From Blastocatellia bacterium (lineage in GTDB: Bacteria > Acidobacteriota > Blastocatellia > RBC074), in contig DAOLKO010000010.1 of the NCBI GenBank assembly GCA_035331565.1, forward strand, positions 15,682 through 79,681: DNA of 64,000 nucleotides, read 5' to 3'. Within the stretch, counting starts at the first letter, position 1, and each line of letters begins with the position of its first letter. Below, one piece after another: positions 21,304-31,725 of this stretch. Made by a program: the position numbers and the translations under genes. The notes under the pieces were generated by a model. The model was not told the origin of the DNA, searched no databases, and saw only the letters and a list, made by a program, of their open reading frames with translations.

Positions 21304-21642
21304 TTAGCGGCGGTCTTGCCGGTCGTGTTTTTGCCGGTAAATGTGGCGGTTGGCCTGATTCAGTTCGCGTTGAATCCGTGCCCGTTCGCGCGGCGTGAAT
21401 TGTCCGCCCGAACGCCGCGCACGCGCTTCCTGACGATGAATTCTCGCTTCTTCGCGCGCCAATCGCCTGGCTTCGCTGTGAGTCAGTTCACCGCTGCGAA
21501 CGCCCTGGCGAATGCGCTGTTGTTGTTCGCGCTGCCGCTCATTGATACCGTGATCCTGCGCCCAGCTCGCTGCGGGCAAAACAGTCATCACGAATGCCAC
21601 TGACAGAATAATTTTCGTCAACTTCCCAGTCATAAAATTCAT
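21304..21642 (-). CDS. Small secreted Arg/Glu-rich protein (signal peptide, then repeated R-E-x-A-R heptads).
   Basis: The signal peptide ends at ASWA. The mature ~85 aa are dominated by RQREQQQRIRQ...ARRLAREEARIHRQEARARR. Confidence 0.4.
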   Translation of the reverse strand: MNFMTGKLTKIILSVAFVMTVLPAASWAQDHGINERQREQQQRIRQGVRSGELTHSEARRLAREEARIHRQEARARRSGGQFTPRERARIQRELNQANRHIYRQKHDRQDRR

Positions 21643-21737
21643 ACCTCCATTGGTTTAAGGAAAGGGTACGCCTTAGACCGGGGGAGGCCGAAGAAAGTCT
21701 GAAAAATCTGGGCGTAGAAACGCAAAATTTTGCGTCT

Positions 21738-24695
21738 CTACCCTCTGTTCAAAACCTCATCCAGATTCAGGATGGTGTTGGCCGTCACGATCCAGGCGGC
21801 GAATTCGATTTTGCCGACGCCCACAGGCACGCGCGCGCGGCTGAGTTTCAGCAAAGCGTCGGCCTTTTCCGGGGCGGCGGCGAAATCGGTTTGCGCGTCC
21901 TTCCACAGCGCCAGCAGCGGCGCAGTTTCGCCTGCGTGCAAAGGACGGATCAACGCCAACCGCAATCCATAAGCAGCGCGCGATTCCGGCGTGGCGGCTT
22001 CGAGCAACATACGTCCGGCCAATCCGGCGGCGGCTTCCAGATAAACAGGATCGTTCAACGTAACCAACGCCTGAAGCGGCGTGTTCGTGCGCAGGCGGCG
22101 AATCTGGCAGACTTCGCCGCTGCCGCCGTCAAAAGTCGTCATCGCGGGATAGGGCGTGGTGCGTTTCAGGTAAGTGTACAAACCGCGCCGGAAACGGTCT
22201 TCGCCTTCGGCGTCCACCCAGGTTTTGGCGTTGTAGGTAGTGCGCCACAGTCCAGCGGGTTGCGGCGGCATCACAGGCGGGCCGCCCATCTTCAGCGACA
22301 GCAAACCGGCCACGGACAGCGCTTGGTCACGCACGGCTTCCGCGCCAAGCCGGAACCGCGCGCCGCGCGATTGCAGTAAATTGCGCGGATCGGCTTCTCG
22401 CAAAGTCGCAGTCGTTTCGGAAGCCTGCCGATAGGTATCGCTCATGACGATGGTTTTGAGCAGTTTTTTCAGCGACCAGCCGCCGTCGCGGTATTCCGCC
22501 GCCAGATAATCCAGCAAGACCGGATTCGTCGGCGCGGAACCGAGTGCGCCAAAATCTTCCTCTGTTTCGACAAGGCCCACGCCGAACAGCCGCGCCCATA
22601 CGCGATTGGCCCAAACGCGCGGCGTCAACGGATTGTCGCGGCTAACCAGCCATTGCGCTACGCCCAACCGATTGAGCGGCGCACCTTCCGGCAGTTTTCC
22701 GAAAGCTGCGGGCAGTCCCGGCGAAACCACATCGCCCTGATCGAGGAAACTGCCGCGCCGGTGGATTTTCGTCACGCGCTGTTTGTCGGCGGCCATTTCG
22801 CGCATCAGCGGCAATCGCACAATGCTGTCGTTGAATTTCGCCTGCGCCGTGTAAGCCGCCGCCAGATCGTCGTGCAACTTGCGCAGTTCGGGCGCAATGG
22901 CCGGCGGCTGCAACATCGCCGGATCGGCTTCGCTGGTCGAAAGGCGGAAGCGGCGTAAGGTCAGCGAATCGCCCGCTTGTTGCGAAAGCGTGACGCGCAA
23001 TTTCGCTTCGGCGGTCAAACGCAATGGCGCGGCAAAATCGAAGATGGCCGTGTGCGATTCGTGCGTGCGCGGAGCGATGGCCCAGCCGGTTTTCTCGTCG
23101 CCATCAATGGCCGCGTCAATGGGCTTTTTGTTTTCCGCGAAATCGGCGCGCGCATTGGTCAGCTTGACGGGTCGCGCGCTTGAAGCATCAAGCAGTTCTG
23201 CCGTCAATTCCGACAGCGTGAAATTCGACGTGCCGCCGTTGCGCCCAACAGCCAGTTGGCCGCTGCCGAGCTTTTCCGGCAGGACTTCCAATCGCAGCGC
23301 CGTGTGCGTTCCCGGCGGAAGCGTCAGGGTCACAACGTAAGTGTCTTCGGGCGGGGCTTTGCTGCCGGCGGTGATCGCGCCGTCTTTTTGCGCGGCCAGC
23401 GTCGCGCCGTCTTTGGAAAAAAGTTCCGTGACGACGAGCTTACGCCATTGGCGTTCGGCGGATTCGTTGGCTTTACCGGCAGCGTCTTCCAACGCCGTCA
23501 GTTCAGTGTTGAGCTTTTGCAGATGATTCTGCCAGTACCGGCGTTCGTCCTGCTCTTTCGGCGAAAGCAATTCCAAAAAGGGCGCATCGTCGCTCCGGTC
23601 TGCGTCTTCGGTTTGATTGAATAGCGCGTAAAAGCCGTAGTATTCGGCGTGTGAAATCGGGTCGTATTTATGCGAATGGCATTTGGCGCAGCCCATCGTC
23701 AATCCCATCCAGACTTGCACAGTGGTGTCCACGCGGTCTTTGACGGCGGCGACGCGAAACTCTTCGTTGTCCGTGCCGCCTTCATCGTTGGTCATCGTGT
23801 TGCGGTGAAAGGCCGTGGCGATCATCTGCTGCTCAGTGGGATTGGGCAGCAAATCTCCGGCAAGCTGTTCGGTCGTGAATTGATCGAGCGGCATATCGGC
23901 GTTGAGCGCGTTGACCACCCAATCGCGATACGGCCAGATGGTGCGGCCCAGGTCTTTTTCGTAGCCTTTGGTATCTGCGTAGCGCGCCAAATCCAGCCAC
24001 ATTCGCGCCCAGTGTTCGCCGAATTGCGGCTTGGCCAACAGTTCATTCACCATTCGTTCATAAGCCGCCGGCGAAGGATCGGCGGCGAATTTGTCCGCCA
24101 GTTCCGGCGTAGGCGGCAGCCCGATCAAATCCAACCATAACCGGCGCACCAACGTATGCGGCATGGCTGCGGGCCGCAGCGACAGCCCTTTTGCTGCAAG
24201 CGCGGCGCTGACCAGCGCGTCAATAGGCCTTTGTCCGGCAGCCACGGCAGGACGAACGACAGGCTCAAACGACCAATGCCGTCCCCACGCAGCGCCTTCG
24301 ACAATCCAGCGGCGCAAGGTTTCGATCTGTTCCGGCGAAATATGTTTGTGCGAGCCGGGCGGCGGCATCACGGCGTCAGGATCGTTGCTGGTGATGCGCG
24401 CCAGCAACAGGCTTTTTTGCGGCTCGCCGGGCGCAACGGGAAATCCGCTGCGACGTTTGGCTTTGGCTTCGGCTTCAATGTCCAGACGCAACCCGGCTTT
24501 GCGGTTTCTTTCGTCAGGCCCGTGGCAAGCGAAGCAGTTCGCCGAAAGAATCGGCAACACGTCGCGGCCAAACCGCACGGGTTCGGCAGCCGAAGGCATC
24601 GTTGAAGAAAACTGCCAGGAGAAAAGCACGAACACCGCCGTAAGCAACAGCAGGAGTTTGCACAAACGCTTGCGAAAGGAAGCTTGTCTTTTCAT
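21738..24695 (-). CDS. PSCyt1/DUF1549/DUF1553 (PSD1) protein, a Planctomycete-type cytochrome-like multidomain protein.
   Basis: N-terminal CFACHGP haem-binding-like motif after a signal peptide. The 985-aa architecture is typical of DUF1549-DUF1553 proteins. Confidence 0.65.
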   Translation of the reverse strand: MKRQASFRKRLCKLLLLLTAVFVLFSWQFSSTMPSAAEPVRFGRDVLPILSANCFACHGPDERNRKAGLRLDIEAEAKAKRRSGFPVAPGEPQKSLLLARITSNDPDAVMPPPGSHKHISPEQIETLRRWIVEGAAWGRHWSFEPVVRPAVAAGQRPIDALVSAALAAKGLSLRPAAMPHTLVRRLWLDLIGLPPTPELADKFAADPSPAAYERMVNELLAKPQFGEHWARMWLDLARYADTKGYEKDLGRTIWPYRDWVVNALNADMPLDQFTTEQLAGDLLPNPTEQQMIATAFHRNTMTNDEGGTDNEEFRVAAVKDRVDTTVQVWMGLTMGCAKCHSHKYDPISHAEYYGFYALFNQTEDADRSDDAPFLELLSPKEQDERRYWQNHLQKLNTELTALEDAAGKANESAERQWRKLVVTELFSKDGATLAAQKDGAITAGSKAPPEDTYVVTLTLPPGTHTALRLEVLPEKLGSGQLAVGRNGGTSNFTLSELTAELLDASSARPVKLTNARADFAENKKPIDAAIDGDEKTGWAIAPRTHESHTAIFDFAAPLRLTAEAKLRVTLSQQAGDSLTLRRFRLSTSEADPAMLQPPAIAPELRKLHDDLAAAYTAQAKFNDSIVRLPLMREMAADKQRVTKIHRRGSFLDQGDVVSPGLPAAFGKLPEGAPLNRLGVAQWLVSRDNPLTPRVWANRVWARLFGVGLVETEEDFGALGSAPTNPVLLDYLAAEYRDGGWSLKKLLKTIVMSDTYRQASETTATLREADPRNLLQSRGARFRLGAEAVRDQALSVAGLLSLKMGGPPVMPPQPAGLWRTTYNAKTWVDAEGEDRFRRGLYTYLKRTTPYPAMTTFDGGSGEVCQIRRLRTNTPLQALVTLNDPVYLEAAAGLAGRMLLEAATPESRAAYGLRLALIRPLHAGETAPLLALWKDAQTDFAAAPEKADALLKLSRARVPVGVGKIEFAAWIVTANTILNLDEVLNRG

Positions 24696-24885
24696 AGCCG
24701 GAAAGATTGAAAATTTATTGGTGAATGCGATGAACCAAAAACGCGCGTAGTCTAAATCGGAAGCCGGTTTTGTGGAACAGAACTTCAGCCCAGGTCGGCG
24801 TTTCGGATTGCGAACGACACAAAGCCCGCCATCGCATTGTCGCGATGGCGGGCTTTCAAGAATATGAGTGACGAGGCCGCCGCCG

Positions 24886-25260
24886 TTATTCCGCTTCCGG
24901 TTTCAAGCGGCGCAGACCGCGCAAAAACTCAGCGTCGCTGCGCCTGTCCAGCAGTTTGAAATCGGCATTGGGGGGAGCATCAACAATCACCATTACGTCT
25001 TCGCCGGCATTTTCAGTCAACCACAGCGCGAAGACGTGATAAACCGGAACATTGAGCAGTCGCGCCCGCAAGACATTCTTTTCGCGCAGTTGCGCGCGTT
25101 CAATTGCCTTTTCGATTTTCTCGGCCAGCGGCGAAATATAAAGCTCGCACAGTTTATGACCGGTCTTTCCGTGAGCCATCGAACATGCGTAACACAGCGG
25201 GTGGTAATAAAAAAGTAATGCTGCGAATTTGAGAAAAGCCAATAACAATGGGCGATCCAT
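24886..25260 (-). CDS. Hypothetical 124-aa protein.
   Basis: ORF only. It has an N-terminal hydrophobic segment and no recognisable motif. Confidence 0.3.
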   Translation of the reverse strand: MDRPLLLAFLKFAALLFYYHPLCYACSMAHGKTGHKLCELYISPLAEKIEKAIERAQLREKNVLRARLLNVPVYHVFALWLTENAGEDVMVIVDAPPNADFKLLDRRSDAEFLRGLRRLKPEAE

Positions 25261-25411
25261 TAATCTCCCAGCATTACTTTTTCATGACTACCCCGCCTTT
25301 TTCGCTAATTTACTTCCAAGCTCTGCAGGTAAATTGATCATTGCGCTCATCTGTATTTCTCCTTACGCACAAACATACATTTGCATCGGACGTTGCAATA
25401 GTTCTGCGCTC

Positions 25412-28204
25412 TTACTTACCCGTACTTAACTCAATCCAAGTCATTGCCTGTTTCAGCGGAATCACAAATGCCTCGCGTTCCTGTTTAAGCGGCTGACTGG
25501 GTTGATAGCTGCCGACACCGGTAGGTTTCGCAGGTTGTTCGATGCGCAGGCGGGCTTGCGGTGTTTCGGAAGTCGCACTCGCCAAGCTGACGCGCACCGC
25601 ACCGGTTTTCGCATTCAATTCGACGGTTTCAAAACGCCCGGCGTCCAGCGTCAGCCACAATCCGCGCGGCGCGAGGTAAACGCGCATCCGCATCGAATCT
25701 AATGGCGTCACGCTGACCCAGTCGCCTTTGCGCGTGACATTGCCGCCGAAGGCTTGCCAGCCGAATTCAGGATGATTGATGAGATAAGTTGCCGTGTTCA
25801 GCGCGTGCCCGAAAAAGTTCGGGCCGTAATCGCCGCTGTAAGCGTCCCATTTCAGCGTAGAGGGGAAAGAGTGAAACGCGGCGGACGCGAAGCCTTCACG
25901 GTCAATGTTGGTCAGTGCGCCCATCGTGCCGCCGTAACCGATGCGCAGCAGGTAATCGTCTTCAGGATGTTTGCGAAAATGCGACAGCGCCGGAATGGCG
26001 TTGATCCCCGAACCGTAATGATGAATCTGCCGTTCGATGCGCCGCAGTTTGCCGCCGTAAAGGAAATCCCAATAGCGGCGCGCGTTGCCGTTGTAGCCCC
26101 AATGCGGCACGGTCGGCATATAACCGATGATTGAATTGAGCGACACCAGCGCCTTGTCGTCGTAACCGAAATAATCGCACCACGCATAAACCTCTTCCTG
26201 CCCCGTGGAATCCCATGCCATTTCGCTGCCGAAGGGATACGCCTCGCGCTTCCAGCGGTCGCTGCGTTCGCGCATCAGCTTTTCAATATCGGCGGCCTTT
26301 TCCATCCAGCCTTCGCGTTTCAAGTCCAGCAGCACATTCAAGAAGATGTCGCCTTCCATCAAACCCAGTTCAACGTAGCCGACGCGGCGGCGATTGTTGT
26401 TGGCGTTGCGGCTGAAGGTGAACTTGGTTGTTTGATAAGCCTGTTCCAGATACCAATCCCACGGATGATTTTTGACCAGCCCTTCGGTGTTGCGCGCGAC
26501 GCGGTACATTGACCAATAGGCCGCGATGACGTGCGGATAGTTGTAGCCGCGCCCGATGGATTCGGCATCGGCCTTTTTCCAACTCGTCCACGTCGTCCAG
26601 TTCAAGGCCGAGTCGTATTGAAAGCCGGGCACGTCGGCGGGCGAATAAAACAGCATGCTTTTGCGCACGCCGTATTTGTTCGGGCCGTCGTTGTACTGCA
26701 ATCCGCCCCACAACACTTTGTCAATGAACTGCTCGTACTTGGCGATTTCTTCGCGTTTGGGTTGGCCGAACTGTTTCATCGCAGCGGCCAGCCACGAACC
26801 CGAACCGCCTTCATCGCCGAGGCCCGCAATCCAGACGCGGCTGTCCTGCGAAACGATCTTGTCGGCTTCACGGTCGTAACTCATCACCGAAGGGCTGCGA
26901 CGAAACGGATCGTTCGGATCAACGAACCATTGTTTGGTGAACAAGAAGTTGCCCAGGTCGGCTACGGCCTGCGTCGAAGGTTTGATGATGTAATAGCTAA
27001 TGGATTGTTGATTGCCGTCGGCATATTTCACGAGCAAACGCGCGCGTCCCCAGGTCTGACCGCGTAGCGTATACGCCTGCCAACCGTTGGCCGTGGGTTT
27101 GTCTTTGCGAATGGTGATTGCGCCCGCCGGCTCCGCCGCGATGACGGCGACTTTGCTTTTGGAATTCAGGAAAAGCTTGGCTTCGAGGTCTTGCGGCAAG
27201 ACGTAACCGGGAATGCCCACGGCCACCGGACGATTGTTGGCGGCCAGTGTTTTTTCGATGTTGCGGATTTCGTCCGAGACCAGAAAGCGCACGCCGTATG
27301 TCCGGCTCGCATTGGGCGCGAGCGTCGCGCTGGTCGGCGAATTCCATTGTTCGACGCCTTTCCATTCGGTTTCGGCATAAGCCCGGCTGTGCGACATCCA
27401 GGCAAACGTGCCTTCAAAAGTTTGCGCCGGGCGCATCGGTTCGTTGAGCAATTGCCAGGCTTCAAACGGCGTTTTGCCCTCTGGCACAACCACGAGCGCA
27501 GGGCCTTTGCCGCTCAGCCGCGTGACCTGCAAATAGCCCGCATCCTGCCCGATGTACGGATCGGCGAAGGAACAGATTTCGTGCGACTGTTGCAGATTGC
27601 GCCCGGTGATGTGGTTGTTGAACGCCATCGGAATGCCGAGCGCGCCGATTTCAAGCGGCTGCGAAGTCTTGTTTTTCAATTCGTAGCGCAACGCCAGCCG
27701 CCCATTTTCCAGCGCCCAACTGCGCGTGATCTGCACCGGACAATCGGCAGGCAGCGTCGGCGCAAGATCGGCGGCGGCGAGCGTTTGACCGGAAGCTGCA
27801 AGCGCCGTCACAGGTTTGCGCGCAGCAGCGGTGGAATACTCTTTCCAGTCGCTTCCGACGCGCACACGGATGGTCAAGTCGCCCAGATGTTGATGCCCAT
27901 CACTCGCGCGGCGTTCCAGCCGGTCGGCGGGCGTGAAATCGAATCCACTGCCGCCTTTCGGTTGTCCCTTCGGTATTAATGCCGCGATGGTTTGCGAAGC
28001 CTTGACCAGCTTCAGCGTGAAATCCGGCGTATCGAATTCCAGATAGCCTTGCTCCAAACCAAGCGTCGGCGTGGGCGTCGGCGTCGGTGCGGGTCTGCCC
28101 GGTTGAGCTTGTTGGTTTTGCGCGTGTCGGGTGAGAGGGAAGAGCGCCAGCACCAACAGGAGCGCGCTCGTTGCAACAATGATGGTTTGTTTGTTTTTGT
28201 TCAT
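25412..28204 (-). CDS. Large secreted protein of unknown function (930 aa).
   Basis: Signal peptide plus a PTPTPTP linker. Codon usage is consistent with the host. No family could be assigned from the sequence. Confidence 0.5.
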   Translation of the reverse strand: MNKNKQTIIVATSALLLVLALFPLTRHAQNQQAQPGRPAPTPTPTPTLGLEQGYLEFDTPDFTLKLVKASQTIAALIPKGQPKGGSGFDFTPADRLERRASDGHQHLGDLTIRVRVGSDWKEYSTAAARKPVTALAASGQTLAAADLAPTLPADCPVQITRSWALENGRLALRYELKNKTSQPLEIGALGIPMAFNNHITGRNLQQSHEICSFADPYIGQDAGYLQVTRLSGKGPALVVVPEGKTPFEAWQLLNEPMRPAQTFEGTFAWMSHSRAYAETEWKGVEQWNSPTSATLAPNASRTYGVRFLVSDEIRNIEKTLAANNRPVAVGIPGYVLPQDLEAKLFLNSKSKVAVIAAEPAGAITIRKDKPTANGWQAYTLRGQTWGRARLLVKYADGNQQSISYYIIKPSTQAVADLGNFLFTKQWFVDPNDPFRRSPSVMSYDREADKIVSQDSRVWIAGLGDEGGSGSWLAAAMKQFGQPKREEIAKYEQFIDKVLWGGLQYNDGPNKYGVRKSMLFYSPADVPGFQYDSALNWTTWTSWKKADAESIGRGYNYPHVIAAYWSMYRVARNTEGLVKNHPWDWYLEQAYQTTKFTFSRNANNNRRRVGYVELGLMEGDIFLNVLLDLKREGWMEKAADIEKLMRERSDRWKREAYPFGSEMAWDSTGQEEVYAWCDYFGYDDKALVSLNSIIGYMPTVPHWGYNGNARRYWDFLYGGKLRRIERQIHHYGSGINAIPALSHFRKHPEDDYLLRIGYGGTMGALTNIDREGFASAAFHSFPSTLKWDAYSGDYGPNFFGHALNTATYLINHPEFGWQAFGGNVTRKGDWVSVTPLDSMRMRVYLAPRGLWLTLDAGRFETVELNAKTGAVRVSLASATSETPQARLRIEQPAKPTGVGSYQPSQPLKQEREAFVIPLKQAMTWIELSTGK

Positions 28205-28355
28205 GGAGTTCTTTCCAACACAGGTTAAATTCGCTAGATACGGCTCAGCCGCGCTGCAGCAACGGTAATTGCTTCCTTCTCTTGTTTCGATCCGGTGATG
28301 AACTTCTGGTGAGGCAGACGGGAAGGTGGGCGATTGGGTTACATCTTCCGCACAA

Positions 28356-29039
28356 TTAACGAGAAGCCGGCACTCGTAAAAGCTGACGAATGGTTGCGCC
28401 GTTTTGGCCGGGGTGGGCTTCGAGCAAACACGCGGCGAAGCCTGTCAGGTGCGCCACAGCGAAGCTGATGCCGTTCAGATTGCGTTCGGGCGGCACGCCG
28501 GGAATCGGGCGCGCATAGCCTGAAGCCAGAAAACATTGTTTGGCTTCATCCCAGCGATACGCTTCGCGCGGACAATCCCAATCCAGCGACACGCCCAACA
28601 CCGACGGCAAACAGCCGGGCAGAGAATCCGCGCCGTTGATGTCGCGCGCGGCGACGACCGGCAAGTTTTCCGCTTGCGCCAACACGCGCTCGAACTTTTC
28701 CCGATGATTCAAATTCAGCGTCCCCAGGCTCAGGTTGACGAGGTGCATTTGATTCGCCGCGCACCATTCCAGCGCGCGCAAGATCGTTTCAATGTTGGTG
28801 GTCAGCGCGCGGTCAAAGACTTTGACGGCGTAAAGCTCTGCGTCCGGCGCTTTTTCGCGGATGGCTCCGGCGACAGCCGTGCCGTGGCCGATGAAATCCA
28901 GATACTGTTCTTCGGTTCCGCCGGGCGTGATGCGCATGCCGCCGGCCACGCCGCCGACGTGCGGATGAACTGGATTGACGCCACTGTCAATGATGGCGAC
29001 GCGGACGCCGCGCCCGGTCAGTGTTGGAGTTGCAGGCAT
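28356..29039 (-). CDS. qhpE: Small subtilisin-like serine protease, candidate QhpE (leader peptidase for the QHNDH gamma subunit).
   Basis: Catalytic triad contexts IIDSGV (Asp), GHGTAVAG (His) and GISFAVAHLTG (Ser) in only 227 aa. It overlaps the ABC exporter gene by 22 nt. Confidence 0.6.
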   Translation of the reverse strand: MPATPTLTGRGVRVAIIDSGVNPVHPHVGGVAGGMRITPGGTEEQYLDFIGHGTAVAGAIREKAPDAELYAVKVFDRALTTNIETILRALEWCAANQMHLVNLSLGTLNLNHREKFERVLAQAENLPVVAARDINGADSLPGCLPSVLGVSLDWDCPREAYRWDEAKQCFLASGYARPIPGVPPERNLNGISFAVAHLTGFAACLLEAHPGQNGATIRQLLRVPASR

Positions 29040-30703
29040 TCGTGGATTTTTCCGTTTTCCAGCGTCAGCACTTGATCGGCGATGGCGGCCAGCGCCGGAC
29101 GATGCGTGATGATGATTGCCGTGCGACCGCGCAGAGATTGCGACAGCGTCGCAGCCAGGCTTTGTTCGGTTGCAGCGTCGAGCGCGGCGCTCGGTTCGTC
29201 CAGCACCAGCACCGCCGGTTCGCGCAACAACGCGCGCGCAATGGCCAGTCGCTGGCGTTCGCCCACGGACAAAGCCAAACCGCGTTCGCCGACTTGCGTG
29301 TCGTAACCTTCCGGCAAAGCGGCGATGAATGCATCAAGCGCGGCGGCTTGCGCGGCGGCGGCGATTTTTTCGGGCGGCACGTCGGGCAAACCGTAAGCGA
29401 TGTTTTCGGCCAGGCCGGCGTTGAAAAGGATCGGCGTTTGATCCACCAGCAAAACGTGGCGGCGCACATCATCCAACCGCAAGTCGCGCAAATCGTGCCC
29501 GTCCAGTTTGACCGCGCCCGCCTGCGGATCGAACAACCGCACCATCAAATCGGCGATGGTGGATTTGCCAGCGCCGCTGCCGCCTGTGATGGCTGTGATG
29601 CTGCCTGCCGCGATGGTGAAACTTATGTCGTCCAGCACAAGGGCTTCGCGGTCGTGGCGAAAGCTGACGCGGTCGAAACGGATTTCACCGCGCGCTTCGT
29701 TGAGCGGCGCGGCGTGCGGACTTTCAACCACGTCTGGCGGAGTGTCGAGCAATTCAAAGACACGCCGCAACGAAACGCGCGCCGTCGTCAGGTTCGTGTA
29801 CAAACTCATCAGGCTTTGCACGGGCGCAAGCAGCCGCTGGTGATAAGCCATAAACGCCACCAGCGCGCCGATGCTGAGCGATCCTTTGATGACCAGCGCG
29901 CCGCCGTACAAAAACACCAGCGCTGTGGAAAGCGTCAGCATTGTGCCGGGCAGCGCGCCTGCCAAATACGAGGTCAGTTGCATCGCCAGCAAGGCATCAA
30001 TAAAGCCGCGATTGCGCGCGCGAAAACGCGCGACTTCGTGCGATTCGGCACGCGAAGTCACAATCAGCCGCATGCCTTGTAAGGATTCGATCAGAAAGCT
30101 GCCGATGTCCGCGCTGCGTTCGCGCAAGGTTTTGACCTGCCCGGTCAAACGTTGCTGGTAATGCCTGAGCGCCAGTACGCTGGGCGGAACCAGCACGATG
30201 CTGAGCAAAAACAAGCGCCAGTTCAGCCAAAGCATGATGGCGACGCTGCCGACGAAAAAGACCACATTAGCCAACACTGCCAGCAAACTGTCAGCGGCGA
30301 CGCGCTGGATTTCGGCGATGTCGTTGTTCAGGCGCGAAACGATGTCGCCCAGTCTGGTGCGCGCATAAAAGCGCGGCGAGAGCGTTTGCAGATGGCGGTA
30401 GAGCGCCAAGCGCATATCGAACAGCACTTCGGCGGAAACGGAGACGTAGCGGTAGCTGGACAGAATGTTCAGCGCAAATCCGAAGACAGTCACGACAACC
30501 ATCAGCGCGGCAACCTGCCACAGCGCGTTGAGATTGCGCCGCAACAAGGCTTCGTCAATCAGGAGTTTGGTGATGTAAGGCTGCGCCAGTCCGAGCAGCG
30601 TCGAGATCAGGCTGATGAACAAAACCAGCGTCAGCCGTTTCCAGTAAGGCGTGAGGTAAGCGAAAGCGCGGCGGTATTCGTTGAGCGAGGCGGGTTGTTT
30701 CAC
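29018..30703 (-). CDS. qhpF: ABC exporter with fused TMD and NBD, candidate QhpF.
   Basis: Six-TM N-terminal domain. Walker A is GGSGAGKST, signature LSVGERQRLAIARAL, Walker B LVLDEPSAALD. Confidence 0.75.
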   Translation of the reverse strand: MKQPASLNEYRRAFAYLTPYWKRLTLVLFISLISTLLGLAQPYITKLLIDEALLRRNLNALWQVAALMVVVTVFGFALNILSSYRYVSVSAEVLFDMRLALYRHLQTLSPRFYARTRLGDIVSRLNNDIAEIQRVAADSLLAVLANVVFFVGSVAIMLWLNWRLFLLSIVLVPPSVLALRHYQQRLTGQVKTLRERSADIGSFLIESLQGMRLIVTSRAESHEVARFRARNRGFIDALLAMQLTSYLAGALPGTMLTLSTALVFLYGGALVIKGSLSIGALVAFMAYHQRLLAPVQSLMSLYTNLTTARVSLRRVFELLDTPPDVVESPHAAPLNEARGEIRFDRVSFRHDREALVLDDISFTIAAGSITAITGGSGAGKSTIADLMVRLFDPQAGAVKLDGHDLRDLRLDDVRRHVLLVDQTPILFNAGLAENIAYGLPDVPPEKIAAAAQAAALDAFIAALPEGYDTQVGERGLALSVGERQRLAIARALLREPAVLVLDEPSAALDAATEQSLAATLSQSLRGRTAIIITHRPALAAIADQVLTLENGKIHECLQLQH

Positions 30704-30706
30704 AAT

Positions 30707-31717
30707 TCAAGCTTGGACTTTGTAATAGCACATAAACCCCGACGCGCAATGTTCGGGCGATTCGCGCAGGGATTTGGCGCGTTCGATGACGTGTAGCTTC
30801 GGAACGCCGTTGCGCGTGCGTTCGACGATGTCGCGCACCATTCGGACGCTCGCCATTTTCTTGAACGGCGCGGCTTCGCGTCCGACGATTTTCAGCGAAG
30901 CCACGCCGATGCGTTGCAAGTCTGGAATGGCGCACAAACCGCACGGGCCGTAAGGTAAACCTTTGGCCGTTGCGCCGCAGCCGTTGCCATTCAAGTACCA
31001 AACCCATTCGCGGTAATCGGTCAGGTTGCGCCGTAGCCAGTTGTGGCGGCGGCTCGTGAAGGTTTTGCCCGCCCATTCAAACCGCGTGTCCATTTCCGAC
31101 AATCCTGTGCAAAACGCGCCGACCGTGTGGTGATGCGTCGTCGAACAAAAGCCTTCTTCAAACGCGCAGCCGTCGTTGAGCATGAAGACTTCGATTTCAA
31201 CTTCGTCGCGGGTGTCGCGCGTGATGGTTTCGATTTCGGCCAGCGTCAGGCTGCGCGGCAGAATGACGCGCCGAACGCCAAAGTTCAGCAGAAAGCGCAC
31301 GGCTTCAGTGTTGAGCGTGGCGGCAACGGAGCTGACGTGCAGGTCGCAGGCGAGTTTGGCTTCGCTCAGCCGCAACAGCAGATTGATGTCGGTGACGATC
31401 AGTGCATCCACGCCGATTTCTTCAGAGAGTTTACGCGCCAGTTCCATCACCAGCGGCATCTGCTCGGCGGTGTAAAACGGGGAGTTGAGCGTGATGAAAA
31501 CTGGAAGCTTGCAGGAGTGCGCGTCATCCACCAGCCGTTTCAAATCGGCGTAAGTTTCCAGACTGCCGCCTTTGGGACTGCGGCGATTGAGCCAGACCGC
31601 GCCGGTGTATTTTTCCATCCACTCGCGCGGGACAATGCCGCAGAACAACTCTTCCGCGCCGGCGGCGGCCAGCATTTCCAGTTCTTCGTGCGCAGCGATG
31701 GGAGCCAGGATTTTCAT
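30707..31717 (-). CDS. U32-family [4Fe-4S] protein, UbiU/RlhA-like. A candidate O2-independent hydroxylase.
   Basis: MKILAPIAAHEELEMLAAAGAEELFCG N-terminus, U32 signature-like EVFMLNDGCAFEEGFCS, and additional Cys at CTGL and CGLC. It lies 3 nt upstream of qhpF. Confidence 0.65.
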   Translation of the reverse strand: MKILAPIAAHEELEMLAAAGAEELFCGIVPREWMEKYTGAVWLNRRSPKGGSLETYADLKRLVDDAHSCKLPVFITLNSPFYTAEQMPLVMELARKLSEEIGVDALIVTDINLLLRLSEAKLACDLHVSSVAATLNTEAVRFLLNFGVRRVILPRSLTLAEIETITRDTRDEVEIEVFMLNDGCAFEEGFCSTTHHHTVGAFCTGLSEMDTRFEWAGKTFTSRRHNWLRRNLTDYREWVWYLNGNGCGATAKGLPYGPCGLCAIPDLQRIGVASLKIVGREAAPFKKMASVRMVRDIVERTRNGVPKLHVIERAKSLRESPEHCASGFMCYYKVQA

Positions 31718-31725
31718 GGCAGGGG

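Noticed and set aside
30152-30796. 214-aa ORF on the + strand.
   Set aside because: Antisense to the ABC exporter gene.
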